The position numbers and the translations under genes are program-made. From Vezdaea acicularis (lineage: Eukaryota): a stretch of DNA of 47,040 nt. Numbering within the stretch: the stretch's first letter is position 1; each line of letters begins with the position of its first letter. The stretch covers positions 1-47,040 of the forward strand of contig JAPEUI010000123.1 of the NCBI GenBank assembly GCA_026025075.1, read 5' to 3'. Of this stretch, positions 44,689-47,040 are shown in pieces. The notes beneath the pieces are model-generated. The model was not told the origin of the DNA and did not search any database. It saw only the letters and a list, made by a program, of their open reading frames with translations.

Positions 44689-46617
44689 ATGGCGCCATCC
44701 GCGACGGCTGCAGTCCTCGCCGTTCCCCATATACCAGCATGGAAGAGATTGGGCCTGAGGCTCAAGTTTGCTCAAGAGGAAGCCTCAATTATTCCACATG
44801 ATGGCCCTCAGCATGCACGGGAAGCGGCGAAAAAGAAACGCAAGCGAATTTCCGAGGTGAACGAAGCAAGCAATCATACTAAAATTGATCCGAAGAAGCA
44901 TACAAAGAAAGTGGAGGTCCCCAGGCGGCCTGCACATGTCAAAGCCCGCTCAACGATTGTCGACATTAGTCCTCCAAATCTACCCGAAACCACAAGAGAA
45001 AAACATAAGCACGGATCTACGGCGGGCGTAGTACGAGAACACTCGTTAGTTACTTCAAAGGCAAAGAGGAAAAGATTAGATTACCCTAAGTCGTTGTCGC
45101 CAGACAATCATAAAAGCGAAAAAGATACCCTAAACATTCTAGTTGTGTCAGAAACTACAGATCTCGCAAAGAGTGTTCTGCCCAAATCTCATAACAGCTC
45201 CTCTTCTCCTTCACACGTGACGGATGTTGAAGCACAGATTTTGAGGAGTGCAAAGACCGGTCAAGTCACTGCGTCTGACCTCACGTCGCCTGTTGCTTCA
45301 ACTTCCGAGAAGCGTAGGCGTAAGAGAGAAGGTGCAGAACTTTTAGCACCTTTGCACCCCATGAGCCCACCCACAAAAGCTCTGCCAGCAACTTCGTCCA
45401 CTCGTAGTAACGAAACTGCTCCTGCCGAGCCAGCAAAACCTCCTAAACGCAAGAAGTCTGTGACTTTTACACCAGAAACTAAAATCCAGGACGCCACTAG
45501 CATTAGGGAGCTACTAAGTGACTGGAATTTAGAGCAAGCCGAGGAGGATCTGGCCTCTGAGAGGAGTAACACTAACTCAAAGGGCAAGAAGCCAAAGCGA
45601 CAAAAGACGAGGAAAGACAAACAGGCGTCAGGTCCAAATACGATCCAAGGCACAGTGACGATCGAACATCCAGCACTTCAATACCTCACCGAGTTCCACA
45701 CCAGAAGAGAATCATGGAAATTCAACAAAAATAAACAGAACTACATTCTAAAGCATCTGTTAGATCTTGAGCTTATTCCAGTAGCGTACGAATCCGCATT
45801 ATTCGAGTATATCAAAAGCCTCCAGGGCAAATTTGCGCGAGAACGTATCCAAGAATTTGTCGACAAAGTCAGGGCGGAAGATAAGAAAGCGTTTCAGCCG
45901 ACAGAGGAGGCCATGGAAGAGTCCGAAGAGGACCGCAGGTTGTTCATGGAGGAAACCGAACGCAGGAAGAAAAATTACGACAATGCACTCGAGCATTACC
46001 TCTCCGCAGTTCATGAGAAGAATGCTGAACTCATTGCTGCTGTGGAGCGAAAATACAAGCTCACCTCTGAGGATGACGCCAAGAAACTAAGGCGACGAAA
46101 ACGCGCCGAAGTGCTGCTGTGGGGTATGAAGTCGGCGAAGAAAGGTATCAGCAGACCTGTTCAGTCACATCTCGATAATGGTCCCGTACAACCCCTTCAA
46201 AAGAGGATGAAGCTCAACGACGGTTCAGCAGAAATTACAATCAATAAAGACGAAGTAGAGAATCACTCGTCTCAGGGTAATCCAGAGCTCACTGGACACA
46301 ACTCTGGATCGGCGCAGCGAATGCCTAGAAAGCGGAAGATAAGAACTGGGGAATTCGGGGACTCGGAAGGAAATAAGGATAGTCCACTTGCAATCTCGAG
46401 CTCTGAGAGCAGTTCGAGCTCGGATTCAGACTCAGAATCAGAGGAGGGGGAGGAGGACCAAAGCGATGCTGGTGTCAGTTCTCACAACTCTACTTCTGAA
46501 GACGCTGGATCAGAATCGAGCTCTAGCTCGGATGACGAATCTGATGAGTCGGATGAGTCGGAGTCGGAGTCTGACGGATCAAGTGGGGTATCATCCATGA
46601 ATTTGGTAGGAAACTAA
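44689..46617 (+). CDS. WKF-domain (DUF2373 / YCR016W-like) putative nucleolar protein (642 aa)
   Basis: N-terminal HIPAWKRLGLRLK, KKSVTFTPETK, ALQYL...WKFNKNKQNYILKH...YIKSLQG and an S/D/E-rich tail. Confidence 0.8.
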   Translation: MAPSATAAVLAVPHIPAWKRLGLRLKFAQEEASIIPHDGPQHAREAAKKKRKRISEVNEASNHTKIDPKKHTKKVEVPRRPAHVKARSTIVDISPPNLPETTREKHKHGSTAGVVREHSLVTSKAKRKRLDYPKSLSPDNHKSEKDTLNILVVSETTDLAKSVLPKSHNSSSSPSHVTDVEAQILRSAKTGQVTASDLTSPVASTSEKRRRKREGAELLAPLHPMSPPTKALPATSSTRSNETAPAEPAKPPKRKKSVTFTPETKIQDATSIRELLSDWNLEQAEEDLASERSNTNSKGKKPKRQKTRKDKQASGPNTIQGTVTIEHPALQYLTEFHTRRESWKFNKNKQNYILKHLLDLELIPVAYESALFEYIKSLQGKFARERIQEFVDKVRAEDKKAFQPTEEAMEESEEDRRLFMEETERRKKNYDNALEHYLSAVHEKNAELIAAVERKYKLTSEDDAKKLRRRKRAEVLLWGMKSAKKGISRPVQSHLDNGPVQPLQKRMKLNDGSAEITINKDEVENHSSQGNPELTGHNSGSAQRMPRKRKIRTGEFGDSEGNKDSPLAISSSESSSSSDSDSESEEGEEDQSDAGVSSHNSTSEDAGSESSSSSDDESDESDESESESDGSSGVSSMNLVGN

Positions 46618-46882
46618 AGTGTAGGGCTGAATTAGTCGACCTTTTTGCCCCACACGGCACAACACTTGGGGCAACCTGCAGCGACGACATAGTTTGAATT
46701 CATAGTAGATGGGCGAATGAGAGTAACGACAGCATATGGTTTGGTTTAGCATTCAAAATCGTCATGATGACCATCATATGTTGTACTCTATGCGGGTATC
46801 TTGAACCACCCGCTAATGAATGACTCCGGTTTCCAGCAAGCAATGCGGCCTCGCTAATGCAACACAACCTCATCCCACAAAA

Positions 46883-47038
46883 CTATGCATATGCTTTCAA
46901 CCTCTGACCGAGTTCCCCATCATTCGGCCTACATCCTCTCCGAAGCACCACGCCGGTCACCTTTCCCATCGTGACAATCGTGACCCATTCCGGAGCAATC
47001 TCGTTCGCCAGGATCCGCATACACTCCGTCCCTTCCTC
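46883..47038 (-). CDS. 3' end of a probable DNA replication licensing factor Cdt1 (partial, runs off the window)
   Basis: Minus frame EEGTECMRILANEIAPEWVTIVTMGKVTGVVLRRG...KAYA* resembles the fungal Cdt1 C-terminal winged helix. It is not in the ORF track. Confidence 0.6.
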   Translation of the reverse strand, partial: EEGTECMRILANEIAPEWVTIVTMGKVTGVVLRRGCRPNDGELGQRLKAYA

Positions 47039-47040
47039 TT

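Overview
Gene-dense genomic window from a filamentous ascomycete (Pezizomycotina-type: short GT-AG introns with CTRAY branch sites). About 20 protein-coding genes were assembled by hand into stop-free spliced frames. They are an NmrA-like reductase, an Air1/2-like zinc-knuckle protein, ORM1, an ISWI ATPase, a HAPSTR1-like conserved protein, an AP-3 mu-type adaptin, a HAD hydrolase, mitoribosomal RSM24, ALG13, a secreted two-domain cysteine-rich protein, HIU hydrolase, GET3, a CDK10-like kinase, a claudin-like membrane protein, the Atf1/AtfA bZIP, SPC98/GCP3, a conserved hypothetical protein, proteasome alpha-1, a WKF-domain protein and the 3' end of a Cdt1-like gene. There is also an intron-containing tRNA-Leu(UAA), long poly-G/poly-C tracts and an orphan Myb/SANT-like ORF. 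Most of the window is housekeeping, and I cannot support a complete new multi-gene system. The best leads are the 18-Cys secreted protein, the CDK10-like kinase with a possible poison acceptor, several unusual splicing arrangements (obligatory GC-AG intron, 3'UTR intron, protein-silent stop-codon intron, hairpin-masked donor) and recurring C-to-G skew inversions ending in G tracts. All family calls come from recalled motifs, not database searches.
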